A stretch of DNA of 64,000 bases from an uncultured Alphaproteobacteria bacterium (GCA_944389525.1 CALXMR010000001.1:33698-97697); one strand, 5' to 3'; positions 27,944 through 38,103 are shown, counted from the stretch's first letter. Translations and numbers: made by a program. The notes: generated by a model from the sequence alone, not told the origin.

Positions 27944-28810
27944 ATGAATTACATAGATGTTTTTTTAGAATCACTGGCCGCAGAACGCGGTCGCAGTCGC
28001 CGCACACTGGCCAGTTATGCCAGTGATTTGCATCATGCAGACGAAACACTGCCAAACGGTTTGATGGGTGCGACCGCTGTGGATATTCAAAATTATCTGT
28101 CCCACCTGCCCCAGCGCGCGACATCAATCGCCCGCCACGCCAGTGCACTGCGCGGTTTTTACAAATTTTTAATGTTGGAAAAAATTATCACAGAAAACCC
28201 GGCGGCAAATCTGGAATTGCCGAAACGCACACGTGCACTGCCGAAATTTTTATCGGTTGATGAAATAGAACTGTTAATTTCTTCGGCGGGCGATACAAAA
28301 AATGCAACGCGTTTGCGCGCGATGATGGAATTGGTATACGCATCAGGCCTGCGGGTATCTGAATTATGCGAACTGCCGATGACGGCAAATCTGGGCGACA
28401 AACTGCTGATTCATGGCAAAGGTGCCAAAGAACGAATCGTTCCCATGCATGAACGCGCCCAACATGCGTTACACAAATGGCTGGAAATTCGTGGTGACGA
28501 TAAATCAAAATATGTATTTCCATCCAACAGTAAATCTGGTCACATAACCCGCGATGGATTTTTCAAGATAATCAAAAAATGCGCTGTATTGGCGGGAATT
28601 GATCCCACCAGGGTCAGTCCGCACGTACTGCGTCATTCGTTCGCATCCCACCTGTTGGCGGGCGGGGCGAACCTGCGCGCGATTCAAACGATGCTGGGCC
28701 ACGAAGACATTTCAACAACCCAGATTTACACACATGTATTGCCCGAAAAATTAAAAGAAACCGTGCGTGCGCATCACCCGCTGGGGCATATGGGGGAAAA
28801 CGAATTATGA
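27944..28810 (+). CDS. xerD: site-specific tyrosine recombinase XerD
   Basis: The catalytic R..H..R..Y region (HVLRHSFASHLLAGGANLRAIQTMLGHEDISTTQIYTHV) and the XerD-like LLYASGLRVSEL segment. Confidence 0.8.
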   Translation: MNYIDVFLESLAAERGRSRRTLASYASDLHHADETLPNGLMGATAVDIQNYLSHLPQRATSIARHASALRGFYKFLMLEKIITENPAANLELPKRTRALPKFLSVDEIELLISSAGDTKNATRLRAMMELVYASGLRVSELCELPMTANLGDKLLIHGKGAKERIVPMHERAQHALHKWLEIRGDDKSKYVFPSNSKSGHITRDGFFKIIKKCAVLAGIDPTRVSPHVLRHSFASHLLAGGANLRAIQTMLGHEDISTTQIYTHVLPEKLKETVRAHHPLGHMGENEL

Positions 28811-29313
28811 TAAAAAAATGCGATCATCCGGGATGCACCCGTGCGGGTACATGTCGTGCGCCAAAAACGCGTGACTTGCGTGAATATTGGTGGTTCTGCC
28901 GTGAACATGCGGCTGAATATAATAAAAATTGGAACTATTACGCCGGCATGACCCCGGACGAGATAGAGGCCGACTGGGAACAACAAACATTTGGCGCACC
29001 ATTAAAAGACAAAGACACTGCCAACCGTGATGCGGCCGATTATACAAAATTTTTAAATGATTTTATAACTGGGCGCGCCACATTTGATAAAATTCCACCG
29101 CGCAATAATACAAATATGCCGCGCACGGTGTTATCTGCCCTGCGCGTATTTGAATTACCAATCAGTGCCAGTTGGCGTGAAATCGCGGCGCGTTACCGCG
29201 CACTGGCCAAGCGGCACCACCCCGACACAGCAAAACATAAAAACGCAGCGGCAGAATTTGCCCGGGTTTCTGCTGCATACGATGTACTGAAAAAACATTT
29301 TGGAAAAAAATAA
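28807..29313 (+). CDS. J-domain (DnaJ-like) protein with N-terminal Cys-rich region
   Basis: The C-terminal part (SWREIAARYRALAKRHHPDT) is a J-domain HPD motif. The N-terminal Cys cluster (CDHPGCTRAGTCRAP..WFCREH) looks like a zinc ribbon. Confidence 0.6.
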   Translation: MIKKCDHPGCTRAGTCRAPKTRDLREYWWFCREHAAEYNKNWNYYAGMTPDEIEADWEQQTFGAPLKDKDTANRDAADYTKFLNDFITGRATFDKIPPRNNTNMPRTVLSALRVFELPISASWREIAARYRALAKRHHPDTAKHKNAAAEFARVSAAYDVLKKHFGKK

Positions 29314-29432
29314 TTATTAAATATTAAAAGTATATTTATAAATCAATTAGAACCATGCAGATATGGGCGGAAAAACGCAGGGAATGTACTGAACGCTACA
29401 TGACCGCAGTTTTTCCGTCCATAGATGCGTGG

Positions 29433-30338
29433 TTATAATTGATTTAGATAGGCGATGGCGTCCATTGCCGCACTGCACCCCGTTCCGACCGCGGTCGCGA
29501 TTTGCATTTTTATTTCTGATTCAACATCGCCGGCAACAAACATTCCTTTTGGCATTTCTGATGGAATCAGACGCCCCATGTTATCGCGCTTGACATCTTC
29601 GGTTAAATAATCTGTGTTTGCCTCATGCCCAATGGCAACAAACAGACCATCACAAATGATTTCTTGGTCGGCTGTGGTTGTGATGCACAGTTTATCGTCA
29701 TCTGTTTTGGCAATTTTTTTCAAATCAGTATTAAACAAACATTCAATGTTTTCGCGTTCAGACACACGGTTGCGCAATACTTCTTCGGCACGGGTAAATG
29801 CGCCCTTGCGATAAACAATTTTTACATTCTTGGCAATGTCGGCCAGATACAACGCATCGTTCAGTGCCGAATTACCGCCCCCCATGACGACAACATCCTT
29901 GCCATAATAAAAGAACCCATCGCATGTGGCACAGTACGAAACACCCCGGCCAAACAATTCACGCGCACCATCTATTTCCAGTTTGCGTGGCGATGCCCCT
30001 GTGGCAATTATAACCACTTTGCCGACATAGCGTTTTCCGTCATCGCATAATATGTTAAATGCACTTTCTGCGTCACCGGCGACTTCTTTGGCCGATACAA
30101 ATTTAATTTCTGCACCAAATATTTCAGCCTGTTTTTTCATAAATTCGGCCAATTCCAGACCACTGCCGGCCCAACCTGGATAATTTTCCAACACGGCAAT
30201 CCCTGCCGTCTGACCACCCAGGCGGTCACCACCCAACACCAGTGTCTTTTTCCCGGCGCGCGCGCAATACAATGCCGCGGTCAGCCCCGCCGGCCCCGAT
30301 CCCAGAATTAACACATCATACATAATAATTTCATTCAT
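29433..30338 (-). CDS. trxB: thioredoxin-disulfide reductase
   Basis: FAD-binding GSGPAG, the redox-active CATCDG, and NADPH-binding GGGNSA. Confidence 0.9.
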   Translation of the reverse strand: MNEIIMYDVLILGSGPAGLTAALYCARAGKKTLVLGGDRLGGQTAGIAVLENYPGWAGSGLELAEFMKKQAEIFGAEIKFVSAKEVAGDAESAFNILCDDGKRYVGKVVIIATGASPRKLEIDGARELFGRGVSYCATCDGFFYYGKDVVVMGGGNSALNDALYLADIAKNVKIVYRKGAFTRAEEVLRNRVSERENIECLFNTDLKKIAKTDDDKLCITTTADQEIICDGLFVAIGHEANTDYLTEDVKRDNMGRLIPSEMPKGMFVAGDVESEIKMQIATAVGTGCSAAMDAIAYLNQL

Positions 30339-30604
30339 TATAAAATCCCTGGTTTGTAATTTATTTCGGGCACCAGCATACCATAATCATGATGCACGCG
30401 CAAATAATTTTAACTGCCCCATAAAATTGGTTGATTTTTATTACACATCACAATAAAATTCACAGTGTTATGAGATTATTAGCATTGAATTGTTTTATGT
30501 TTAAATCATCCCCTGTTGGGGTGTGATTGAATTTATATACATTATATACATACAACAGCAAAATTGGCTAAATACAAACAAAACTCACAAAAGGGAACAG
30601 AATC

Positions 30605-31888
30605 ATGCTGGATATCAGATTTATTCGTGAAAACCCAGATATTGTAAAAAATGCATGTCGCGTCAAGGGATTTGACGACCATGTGGATGAAATCTTGGCA
30701 CTGGACGCGCGCGTACGCGAATTGAAAACAATAACCCAAACAATGACGGCGGAAAAAAATAAAATTACACGCGAGATTCCCACCGCCACGGACAAAGCGC
30801 CATTAATCGCGCGGTCAAAACAAATTAGTGACGAAATCGCCGCCGATATGGCAGAACTGGCCGACAAGGATGCGCGTCTGAATGACTTGATGCATCGCGT
30901 ACCGCAAATTCCGGACGCATCTGCCCCGATTGGCCCAGACGACAGCGCAAATGTCGAAGTACGCCGTGTTGGCACCCCACGCGAATTTGACTTTACCCCG
31001 CGTGCCCAATGGGATTTATTGGATATGAACGGCTGGTGGATGCCAGAAAAAATTGCACAAATATGCGGCACACGTACATACTGTCTGGTTGGCGAGGCCG
31101 CAGAATTACAACTGGCGATCGAAACATATGTTATCCAGAAACTGATTTCGCGCGGATTTACATTCATTGAATGTCCATCTATTACAAAGCCCCAAACAAT
31201 ATTTGACGCGGGTCATTTTATGGGCGCCGATCAATCAATTATGAACAACGATGTGTTTATGTTGGCGGGCACAGACAGATGTCTGGCCGGGACCGCGGAA
31301 ATTATTTTAAATTCACTGCACAGTGGTGAAATACTGCCCGAAAGCGCCCTGCCAATAAAATACGCCGGATTTTCACCATGTTTCCGCAAAGAGGCCGGTG
31401 CCGCCGGTCGTGACACCCGTGGGCTGGCACGCTTTCACCAGTTTAACAAGGTTGAACAATATGTATTTTGCACACCCGAACAGTCGGACGAAATGCATGA
31501 ACATTTGTTAAACAATCTGTGCGATGTAATCGCGGATCTGGAATTGCCGTATCGCGTAATTGCAAATTCCACTGGCGACATGGGATTTAACAAGGTAAAG
31601 ATGAACGATGTCGAGGCATGGGTCCCATCCGAAGGCGCATACAAAGAACTGGGCAGTTGTTCGTCCATCGGGACATTCCAGGCACGGCGCACAAATACGC
31701 GATATCGCGAAAATGGCACGAACGAAGTAAAGTTCTGTGCAACATTAAATAACACTGGCATTGCCGTACCACGCGCACTGGTGCCGCTGTTGGAAAATCA
31801 TCAAAATGCAGACGGCAGTGTTAACATCCCCAAGAAACTGCAACCGTTAATGGGGGGGCGCACAAAAATTGGTGGAAAACACCAATAA
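30605..31888 (+). CDS. serS: serine--tRNA ligase
   Basis: An N-terminal coiled-coil arm followed by the class II catalytic core (..FRKEAGAAGRDTRGL.., ..GTAVPRAL..). Confidence 0.9.
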   Translation: MLDIRFIRENPDIVKNACRVKGFDDHVDEILALDARVRELKTITQTMTAEKNKITREIPTATDKAPLIARSKQISDEIAADMAELADKDARLNDLMHRVPQIPDASAPIGPDDSANVEVRRVGTPREFDFTPRAQWDLLDMNGWWMPEKIAQICGTRTYCLVGEAAELQLAIETYVIQKLISRGFTFIECPSITKPQTIFDAGHFMGADQSIMNNDVFMLAGTDRCLAGTAEIILNSLHSGEILPESALPIKYAGFSPCFRKEAGAAGRDTRGLARFHQFNKVEQYVFCTPEQSDEMHEHLLNNLCDVIADLELPYRVIANSTGDMGFNKVKMNDVEAWVPSEGAYKELGSCSSIGTFQARRTNTRYRENGTNEVKFCATLNNTGIAVPRALVPLLENHQNADGSVNIPKKLQPLMGGRTKIGGKHQ

Positions 31889-31913
31889 AAAACCGGCAAA
31901 TGCCGGTTTTTTT
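31886..31913 (+). terminator. intrinsic terminator (ccggc-aaat-gccgg + T7)
   Basis: A perfect hairpin followed by a T-run, immediately after the serS stop codon. Confidence 0.75.
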
Positions 31914-32163
31914 ACCGTTGATTTTGCAGTTTTGCCGCAAATTTTGTCGACGATAAAAATGGATAATAAATACCTTTTAGTATATTTGATGAATTAACAT
32001 ACTTCATTTTTTTCAATGCTTTTAACACCCCGTTCTGTGACCCCATGTGCTGAGAATTCCACTCCGCATGCAGATCCAGCAGCAGATTAATAACCTTCCG
32101 ATGTGTTAAATATACAGAATTATTGGATACCACAAAATCATCACCAACAACAAATTCTTCCAA
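31912..32163 (-). pseudogene. possible gene remnant / orphan ORF in the 450 bp serS-typA spacer
   Basis: The frame reads ..EEFVVGDDFVVSNNSVYLTHRKVINLLLDLHAEWNSQHMGSQNG.. with no recognisable family and no clear start context. I treat it as a candidate degraded gene only. Confidence 0.2.
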
Positions 32164-32335
32164 GCCATCTTTACACCGAGAAACTTTGCTGGTTGCATCA
32201 TAATCAATCGTTTTTTACACTTCTTAGCTCTAATATAGCAAAATTTACATTTAATTAGTATATATTTGTTGAAAATACGAAATTATAGTATAATCTGTTG
32301 GTTACAATTTTTCGAGTATACGGGGTTAATCATCA

Positions 32336-34174
32336 ATGGTTATGAAAATAAGAAATATCGCAATTATTGCACATGTTGACCACGGCAAAACAACGCTGGT
32401 CGACAATATGCTAAAACAGGCCGGCACATTTCGCGAAAACGAACGCATTGTCGAACGCGTGATGGACAGTGGTGACATCGAACGCGAACGCGGCATCACA
32501 ATATCGGCCAAGCCGACATCTATCCAGTGGCACGATTATAAAATCAATATTGTTGACACCCCGGGCCACGCCGACTTTGGTGGCGAAGTAGAACGCATTT
32601 TATCCATGGTGGATGGTGTTGTATTATTGGTCGATGCCGCCGAAGGGCCCCTGCCACAAACCAAATTTGTATTATCCAAGGCACTAAAACTGGGGCTGCG
32701 TCCGATTGTATGTATTAACAAGGTTGACCGCAGTGATGCCCGCCCAGACGAAGTATTATCAGAAACATTTGACTTATTTGACAAACTGGGCGCGACAGAT
32801 TCCCAACTGGATTTTCCATACCTGTATGCGGTTGGGCGCGATGGTTGGGCCGTGCGTAATTTAACGGACGAACATCGTGATTTAACCCCACTGTTTCAGT
32901 TGATTATCGACCATGTCCCGGCCCCAGATTGCAATGGCACGCGTTGCCAAATTGACGCGCCATTTTCTATGTTGGCCACCACACTAGAAGCAGATCCATA
33001 TGTCGGTCGAATTTTAACCGGAAAAATCGAATCGGGCACGGTACGCGTTGGTCAATCGGTCAAGGCAATAAACATGCACGGCGAATTCATAGAAAATGCA
33101 AAAATCACCAAAATTATCGAACATCGCGGCATTGAAAAGGTATCGCGCGAATCGGCATCTGCTGGTGACATTGTTGTTATTGCCGGATTTTCCAAGGCAA
33201 CCGTGTCTGACACATTATGTGATCCATCTGTAACCGAACCAATTCCGGCAATGCCGATTGATCCACCGACACTGACCATGACATTTTTTGTAAACACATC
33301 GCCATTGGCGGGCCAATCGGGCAAAAAATTAACATCGCGCATGATTGGCGAACGCCTGTTCAAAGAGGCCGAAACCAACATCGCACTGCGCGTTACACAA
33401 AGTGCAAACAACGAATCGTTCGAAGTTTCGGGTCGTGGTGAACTGCAACTGGGGATTTTGATTGAAACCATGCGGCGCGAGGGTTTTGAACTTAGCGTGT
33501 CGCGCCCACGCGTTGTAATGCAAGACGGACCAAACGGCGAAAAACTGGAACCAATCGAAGAAGTTGTTATTGATGTTGATGACGAATTTTCCGGCGTTGT
33601 TATTGAAAAAATGACCAAGCGCAAGGCGCAAATCACCGAAATGAAATCATCTGGTGGCGGAAAAACGCGCATTGTATTTTCTGCCCCGTCACGCGGATTA
33701 ATTGGATACCTGTCCGAATTCCGTACTGACACACGCGGCACTGGTGTTATGAACCGTGTGTTTTCTGGATACGAACCATATCGCGGCCCAATTTCACAGT
33801 ATAGACCAGGCGTATTGGTATCAATGGAAAGTGGCATGACAACAACATACGCGTTGCACAATCTGGAACCGCGTGGTGTGTTGTTTGTTGGTCCACAAAC
33901 CGAAGTCTATTCTGGTATGATTATCGGCGAACACAGCAAAGAAAATGATTTAGAGGTAAATCCGGTTCGCGGCAAAGAATTAACAAACATTCGTTCTGTT
34001 ACATCAGATGAAAAATTATTCTTGGCCCCACCGCGCAAGATGTCACTGGAAGAAGCACTGTCCTATATCCAAGACGATGAACTGGTCGAAGTTACACCCG
34101 CAACCATCCGTCTGCGCAAGAAAGAACTGGACAGCAATATCCGAAAAAAAACACGCAAAAACACCGATGTTTAA
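32336..34174 (+). CDS. typA: translational GTPase TypA/BipA
   Basis: IRNIAIIAHVDHGKTTLVD followed by DTPGHADF, an EF-G-like domain order, and a BipA-specific C-terminal domain. Start may be the third codon (MKIRN..). Confidence 0.9.
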   Translation: MVMKIRNIAIIAHVDHGKTTLVDNMLKQAGTFRENERIVERVMDSGDIERERGITISAKPTSIQWHDYKINIVDTPGHADFGGEVERILSMVDGVVLLVDAAEGPLPQTKFVLSKALKLGLRPIVCINKVDRSDARPDEVLSETFDLFDKLGATDSQLDFPYLYAVGRDGWAVRNLTDEHRDLTPLFQLIIDHVPAPDCNGTRCQIDAPFSMLATTLEADPYVGRILTGKIESGTVRVGQSVKAINMHGEFIENAKITKIIEHRGIEKVSRESASAGDIVVIAGFSKATVSDTLCDPSVTEPIPAMPIDPPTLTMTFFVNTSPLAGQSGKKLTSRMIGERLFKEAETNIALRVTQSANNESFEVSGRGELQLGILIETMRREGFELSVSRPRVVMQDGPNGEKLEPIEEVVIDVDDEFSGVVIEKMTKRKAQITEMKSSGGGKTRIVFSAPSRGLIGYLSEFRTDTRGTGVMNRVFSGYEPYRGPISQYRPGVLVSMESGMTTTYALHNLEPRGVLFVGPQTEVYSGMIIGEHSKENDLEVNPVRGKELTNIRSVTSDEKLFLAPPRKMSLEEALSYIQDDELVEVTPATIRLRKKELDSNIRKKTRKNTDV

Positions 34175-34247
34175 TAATGAAAATATATCAACTGGTATTT
34201 AGTAAAAAATCTGGTTAATATACTATTAAACATAACAGTGCGTTGCC

Positions 34248-35096
34248 ATGAAAAAACAAGAAAAAAAATTAAAACGAATCGCCGCCATTACAATGGCGCG
34301 TAACGATGAATTCTTTCTGGGCCGCTGGATAAAATACTATGGCGAACAAATTGGCCTGGAAAACCTGTATATATATCTAGACGGCACAGACCAGGTAATA
34401 CCCAAAAACGCCGGCGCGGCGCATATAAAAAAATTGCCACATCATGACATGTCACGCGCCGCCGGCGATAAATATCGAATCGGATTAATGAATGATTTGG
34501 CACGCGAATTACTGAAAAAATATGACATTGTAATCGGATGTGACTGTGACGAATTTTTGATTGTTGATCCCAAAATAAATAAATCATTGGCCGAATATTT
34601 ATCAGAAATAAAAATAAAAAATACGGTATCTGGCCTGGGGCTGGATGTCGGCCAAAACATGAACAGCGAACCCACACTGGATGCGAACCTGCCAATATTG
34701 ACCAATCGTGAATATGCATTGCTGTCAACCCGTTATACCAAACCAGTTGTAAAAACAGTCCCCCTTGATTGGGGCAGCGGATTCCACAGCATATCTGGCC
34801 ACAACTTTCACATTGATAAAAACCTGTATCTGTTACACTTTGGCGCGGTTGATATGAAAATGCTGACGTGCAAGGCGGCCGCCCGTGGTGCAGATTGGTT
34901 GGCCCACCTGCGCCGGCGCGGCAATGGGACAATTAATGCGGTAACCACCCTGCCCGCGCATGACGAAAAATGGTTATCGCGCGCACGCACACTGCAAAAA
35001 TTTGCACGTCCAATATACGCATTGGATAAGCCTGGTATGTTTGGGATAAAGCGCGTTGTAAAAATTCCGGCACGATTAAAAAAATCAAATATATAA
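34248..35096 (+). CDS. putative glycosyltransferase (GT-A fold, GT2/GT92-like)
   Basis: An N-terminal IAAITMARNDEFFLGRWIKYYGEQIG segment and a DxD-like CDCDEF, typical of a family of LPS/glycan GT-A transferases. Confidence 0.45.
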   Translation: MKKQEKKLKRIAAITMARNDEFFLGRWIKYYGEQIGLENLYIYLDGTDQVIPKNAGAAHIKKLPHHDMSRAAGDKYRIGLMNDLARELLKKYDIVIGCDCDEFLIVDPKINKSLAEYLSEIKIKNTVSGLGLDVGQNMNSEPTLDANLPILTNREYALLSTRYTKPVVKTVPLDWGSGFHSISGHNFHIDKNLYLLHFGAVDMKMLTCKAAARGADWLAHLRRRGNGTINAVTTLPAHDEKWLSRARTLQKFARPIYALDKPGMFGIKRVVKIPARLKKSNI

Positions 35097-35101
35097 AATT
35101 T

Positions 35102-36133
35102 TTATTTTCCATATTTTACCAAAAATTCTTGGATACGCCGGTGGTATCGATGCGCACGCCGCGTTGGTGGATTATCCATAACGCCATGCAGATACAGTTT
35201 ATTTATATCCCGCGCCGCGGTTATTAAATCTTTTTCATTATCCAGTTCACGCACCTTGCGCATAGAAATAATGATAAAGGGCCACAAGAACTCGCGCTGA
35301 AAGTGTGCAAATTCCGACCCAGTCGCATTTTTCGAATACAAATCAAATGTATACTTTAATCCCACGACAATTGATTCAATCATACGCAATGCCTTGGAAC
35401 TATTCAGCACAGACGATGGGTTTGGCATATAAAAATACAATGGTAATTTTGTAATCATCGTCCGTGGCCGACGCAACATAATTGCCGACCACCATGGAAA
35501 ATCTTCCATAATAATACCGCGAATAAATGGCACAGGTGCAACCAATGCCCGCCGATACAACGCCAACACCGGAAAGCAATGCCGCCGCACCGGACGGCGC
35601 ATCCACAGTGCCCTGTTGCGTTCTGTGCTGTGCATCAAAATCGAATCGGTTTTCCAATAACGAATGTGCCGAACATTGTAAATTATATTCCGCTTTGGCG
35701 GTAACAATTTTGATATATCATGTCCAGCATGCATCATTTTTTTTACAAATTTATGAAACACCGTATCAAATTGAAACAGCACCATATCTGCATTTTGCTT
35801 TTCCGCGATACCACATGTTATTTCCAGTGTTTGTGGATGGATAAAATCATCACTGTCCAGATACAAGATATACTTTCCACGCGCCGCCGCTGTACCGACG
35901 TTTCGTGCATCCGACAGGCCACCATTTTCCTTTGTCACGATTTTAAAACGACCATCACGCGCCGCATATTCTGACAAAATGGCAGCCGAATTATCCGGAC
36001 TGCCATCGTTTACACAAATCGCCTCCCAATCTTGAAAAGTCTGGTTTTGCACACTGTCCAGACATCTACGCAGATATTTTTCAACATTATATACTGGTAT
36101 CACGATTGAAATCACAGGATGACTATGCGGCAT
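35102..36133 (-). CDS. glycosyltransferase family 2 protein (paralog 1)
   Basis: ISIVIPVYNVEKYLRRCLDSVQNQTFQDWEAICVNDGSPDNS, with DSDD (DxD) and ENGGLSDARN; this is a classic GT2 N-terminal core. Confidence 0.8.
   Translation of the reverse strand: MPHSHPVISIVIPVYNVEKYLRRCLDSVQNQTFQDWEAICVNDGSPDNSAAILSEYAARDGRFKIVTKENGGLSDARNVGTAAARGKYILYLDSDDFIHPQTLEITCGIAEKQNADMVLFQFDTVFHKFVKKMMHAGHDISKLLPPKRNIIYNVRHIRYWKTDSILMHSTERNRALWMRRPVRRHCFPVLALYRRALVAPVPFIRGIIMEDFPWWSAIMLRRPRTMITKLPLYFYMPNPSSVLNSSKALRMIESIVVGLKYTFDLYSKNATGSEFAHFQREFLWPFIIISMRKVRELDNEKDLITAARDINKLYLHGVMDNPPTRRAHRYHRRIQEFLVKYGK
35831..36100. repeat. direct repeat copy A (~270 bp, last ~125 bp identical) shared between tandem GT2 genes
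   Basis: By-eye alignment of 35831..36100 against 36865..37136 shows near identity (ggataaaatcatcactgtccagatac ... atatactggtat). The final ~125 bp are identical. Confidence 0.8.
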
Positions 36134-37157
36134 TTTTACACTTCCCTTTTATAAACTGGTGAATATCTGTGCGCAACCGCCGCATCCATCGGCATGACGG
36201 CGCATCCAGTGCACCAATTTTTTCCAATTCGCAAAAACGCCGGCGCGCATCTGCGATATCAGCCTTGTTATCCAAATAGCGCACCTTGCGAAACGCCCAT
36301 TTTATAAAATACCATTTAAACTGTACTGACCACATGCGCATCTGATATTCTGTGGCATATTTTTTATATCGCGTATATGCATCTGTTATTCCATCACACA
36401 AACTGTGCAGTATGCGCAACTGTTTCGCCGACAGAACAATTCCGCCAAAATTTGGAACATAAAAATACAACGGCAACGGCGCAATTGTGACGCGCGGATT
36501 TTTCAGCATAACGGCCGACCACCATGGAAAATCTTCGAATAATATACCCTTGATAAACGGCGTATCTGCAATCAGACTGCGCCGATACATATTTTTCCAA
36601 ACCTGGCAATGTTTAATCAACCAGCGGCGGCGTGGATTGAACATATTATGTGCGCGTTCTGTTGCATATGCGTATACATCATCCGTGACCAGTGTTTTAA
36701 CTGATGCCGGGTTATATTTTTTATGCATGCGTCCTGGCACAACGCCATCAGTATCCATTTTCAGAATATGGCGCACCATTAATTGTGGCCGATAAATTCT
36801 GTCATATGTAAAAGACACAATATCCGAACCATCACGTACGGCTAAAAAGTGTGCGATTTCCATTGTTTGTGGGTGGATAAAATCATCACTGTCCAGATAC
36901 ATGATAAATTCGCCCTGCGCATGTCGCATACCGGCGTTTCGTGCATCCGACAGGCCGCCATTTTCCTTGGTCACGATTTTAAAACGACCATCACGCGTCG
37001 CATATTCTAACAAAATGGCAGCCGAATTATCCGGACTGCCATCGTTTACACAAATCGCCTCCCAATCTTGAAAAGTCTGGTTTTGCACACTGTCCAGACA
37101 TCTACGCAGATATTTTTCAACATTATATACTGGTATTATTATTGAAATTGCCGGCAT
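36123..37157 (-). CDS. glycosyltransferase family 2 protein (paralog 2, tandem duplicate)
   Basis: It has the same GT2 core as 35102..36133. The N-terminal ~90 aa are almost identical to that gene, and the C-terminal halves have diverged. Confidence 0.8.
   Translation of the reverse strand: MPAISIIIPVYNVEKYLRRCLDSVQNQTFQDWEAICVNDGSPDNSAAILLEYATRDGRFKIVTKENGGLSDARNAGMRHAQGEFIMYLDSDDFIHPQTMEIAHFLAVRDGSDIVSFTYDRIYRPQLMVRHILKMDTDGVVPGRMHKKYNPASVKTLVTDDVYAYATERAHNMFNPRRRWLIKHCQVWKNMYRRSLIADTPFIKGILFEDFPWWSAVMLKNPRVTIAPLPLYFYVPNFGGIVLSAKQLRILHSLCDGITDAYTRYKKYATEYQMRMWSVQFKWYFIKWAFRKVRYLDNKADIADARRRFCELEKIGALDAPSCRWMRRLRTDIHQFIKGKCKNAA
36865..37136. repeat. direct repeat copy B of the GT2 5' segment
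   Basis: See copy A. Confidence 0.8.
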
Positions 37158-37174
37158 ATATATCCCCCTCCACT

Positions 37175-38083
37175 TTAATCTTTGTACATTTTGTTTATCA
37201 TCACATCTGCAAAACTGCCAGGGATTGGTTTATCAGTACCACGATAAGTCAACTTTTGAAAACACGCCCCCGCCGTTACTGCATCAAAAGTCTTTTTATC
37301 AAAAGGTTCATTCTGATACGACCACCACAACGCATGCGTTGGATCTTGGTCGACATGGGGCATTTTTTCAAAATATTTTTTTGCCCGCGGATCACCCATC
37401 ACCATCGTCTTGAACAGCAACTGGTGCATAAAGTAATCAAAACTGTGGTTTTCATGTGTCCAATAATCAAAAATCATGGCACGCCACGCGTCCAACAAAT
37501 ATGCCCCGCGGCGCGCACGAATAAAGCAATTCTGCATAAAACTGTACGGACTGCCGACGTTTTTACCGGCCAGATACACAAAGAAATCTTCTTTGATAAT
37601 CCAATCAGGAATTGGTGCGGTTGCAAAATCAGTTGAATCCATCCATATACCACCATATTCATACAACAATTCAACACGACAAATATCCGCAAAATGTGCA
37701 TTTTTTATTTTTCCGGCCGCCCGCTTTTTCCAAATAATATCCGGCAAAGTTATAAATTTGCGCAACTGTTTTTCATCCAGTACAACCAATTCTTGGCGAC
37801 AATTTTTTCTGATACTGCGAAAACATGCCTGAACCAAATCCGGGGCGTTTTTTTCACCCTGTAACCATATTGACCATATTTTTTCATTTTTATCATCGCG
37901 CACCACAGGCCGTTCCACCACCGCGGCCGCGGCCGGCAAATATCGTTTAAAATAGTGGGGGATTATACGCGATATAACATCACTGCGCACTGCGCGGCGC
38001 GTTGCCCGATCACGCCAAAACCAATTAAACACATGTCCGCGTAATAAAACATCAGACATCGCAATCATTCGCGCCAGATTCAT
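37175..38083 (-). CDS. glycosyltransferase, GT32 / capsular polysaccharide synthesis (Caps_synth) family
   Basis: ELLYEYGGIWMDSTDF resembles the GT32 YGGiYlDlD motif. The protein is ~300 aa and soluble. Confidence 0.5.
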   Translation of the reverse strand: MNLARMIAMSDVLLRGHVFNWFWRDRATRRAVRSDVISRIIPHYFKRYLPAAAAVVERPVVRDDKNEKIWSIWLQGEKNAPDLVQACFRSIRKNCRQELVVLDEKQLRKFITLPDIIWKKRAAGKIKNAHFADICRVELLYEYGGIWMDSTDFATAPIPDWIIKEDFFVYLAGKNVGSPYSFMQNCFIRARRGAYLLDAWRAMIFDYWTHENHSFDYFMHQLLFKTMVMGDPRAKKYFEKMPHVDQDPTHALWWSYQNEPFDKKTFDAVTAGACFQKLTYRGTDKPIPGSFADVMINKMYKD

Positions 38084-38103
38084 AAATCCCCCTTTTTTTA
38101 TAT

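Noticed and set aside
29350-29420. Imperfect inverted repeat (gggcggaaaaacgcagg ... ccgcagtttttccgtcc) between the J-domain gene and trxB
   Set aside because: Only ~13 of 17 positions pair and the loop is ~22 nt. It is possibly a weak bidirectional terminator but not convincing enough to annotate.
32269-32294. TTGAAA ... TATAAT promoter-like hexamers upstream of typA
   Set aside because: Both hexamers are consensus-like but the spacer is only ~14 nt. I did not call a promoter, though a sigma-70 promoter is surely somewhere in this spacer.
33052-33861. 269 aa minus-strand ORF
   Set aside because: It is antisense within typA and has low-complexity composition.
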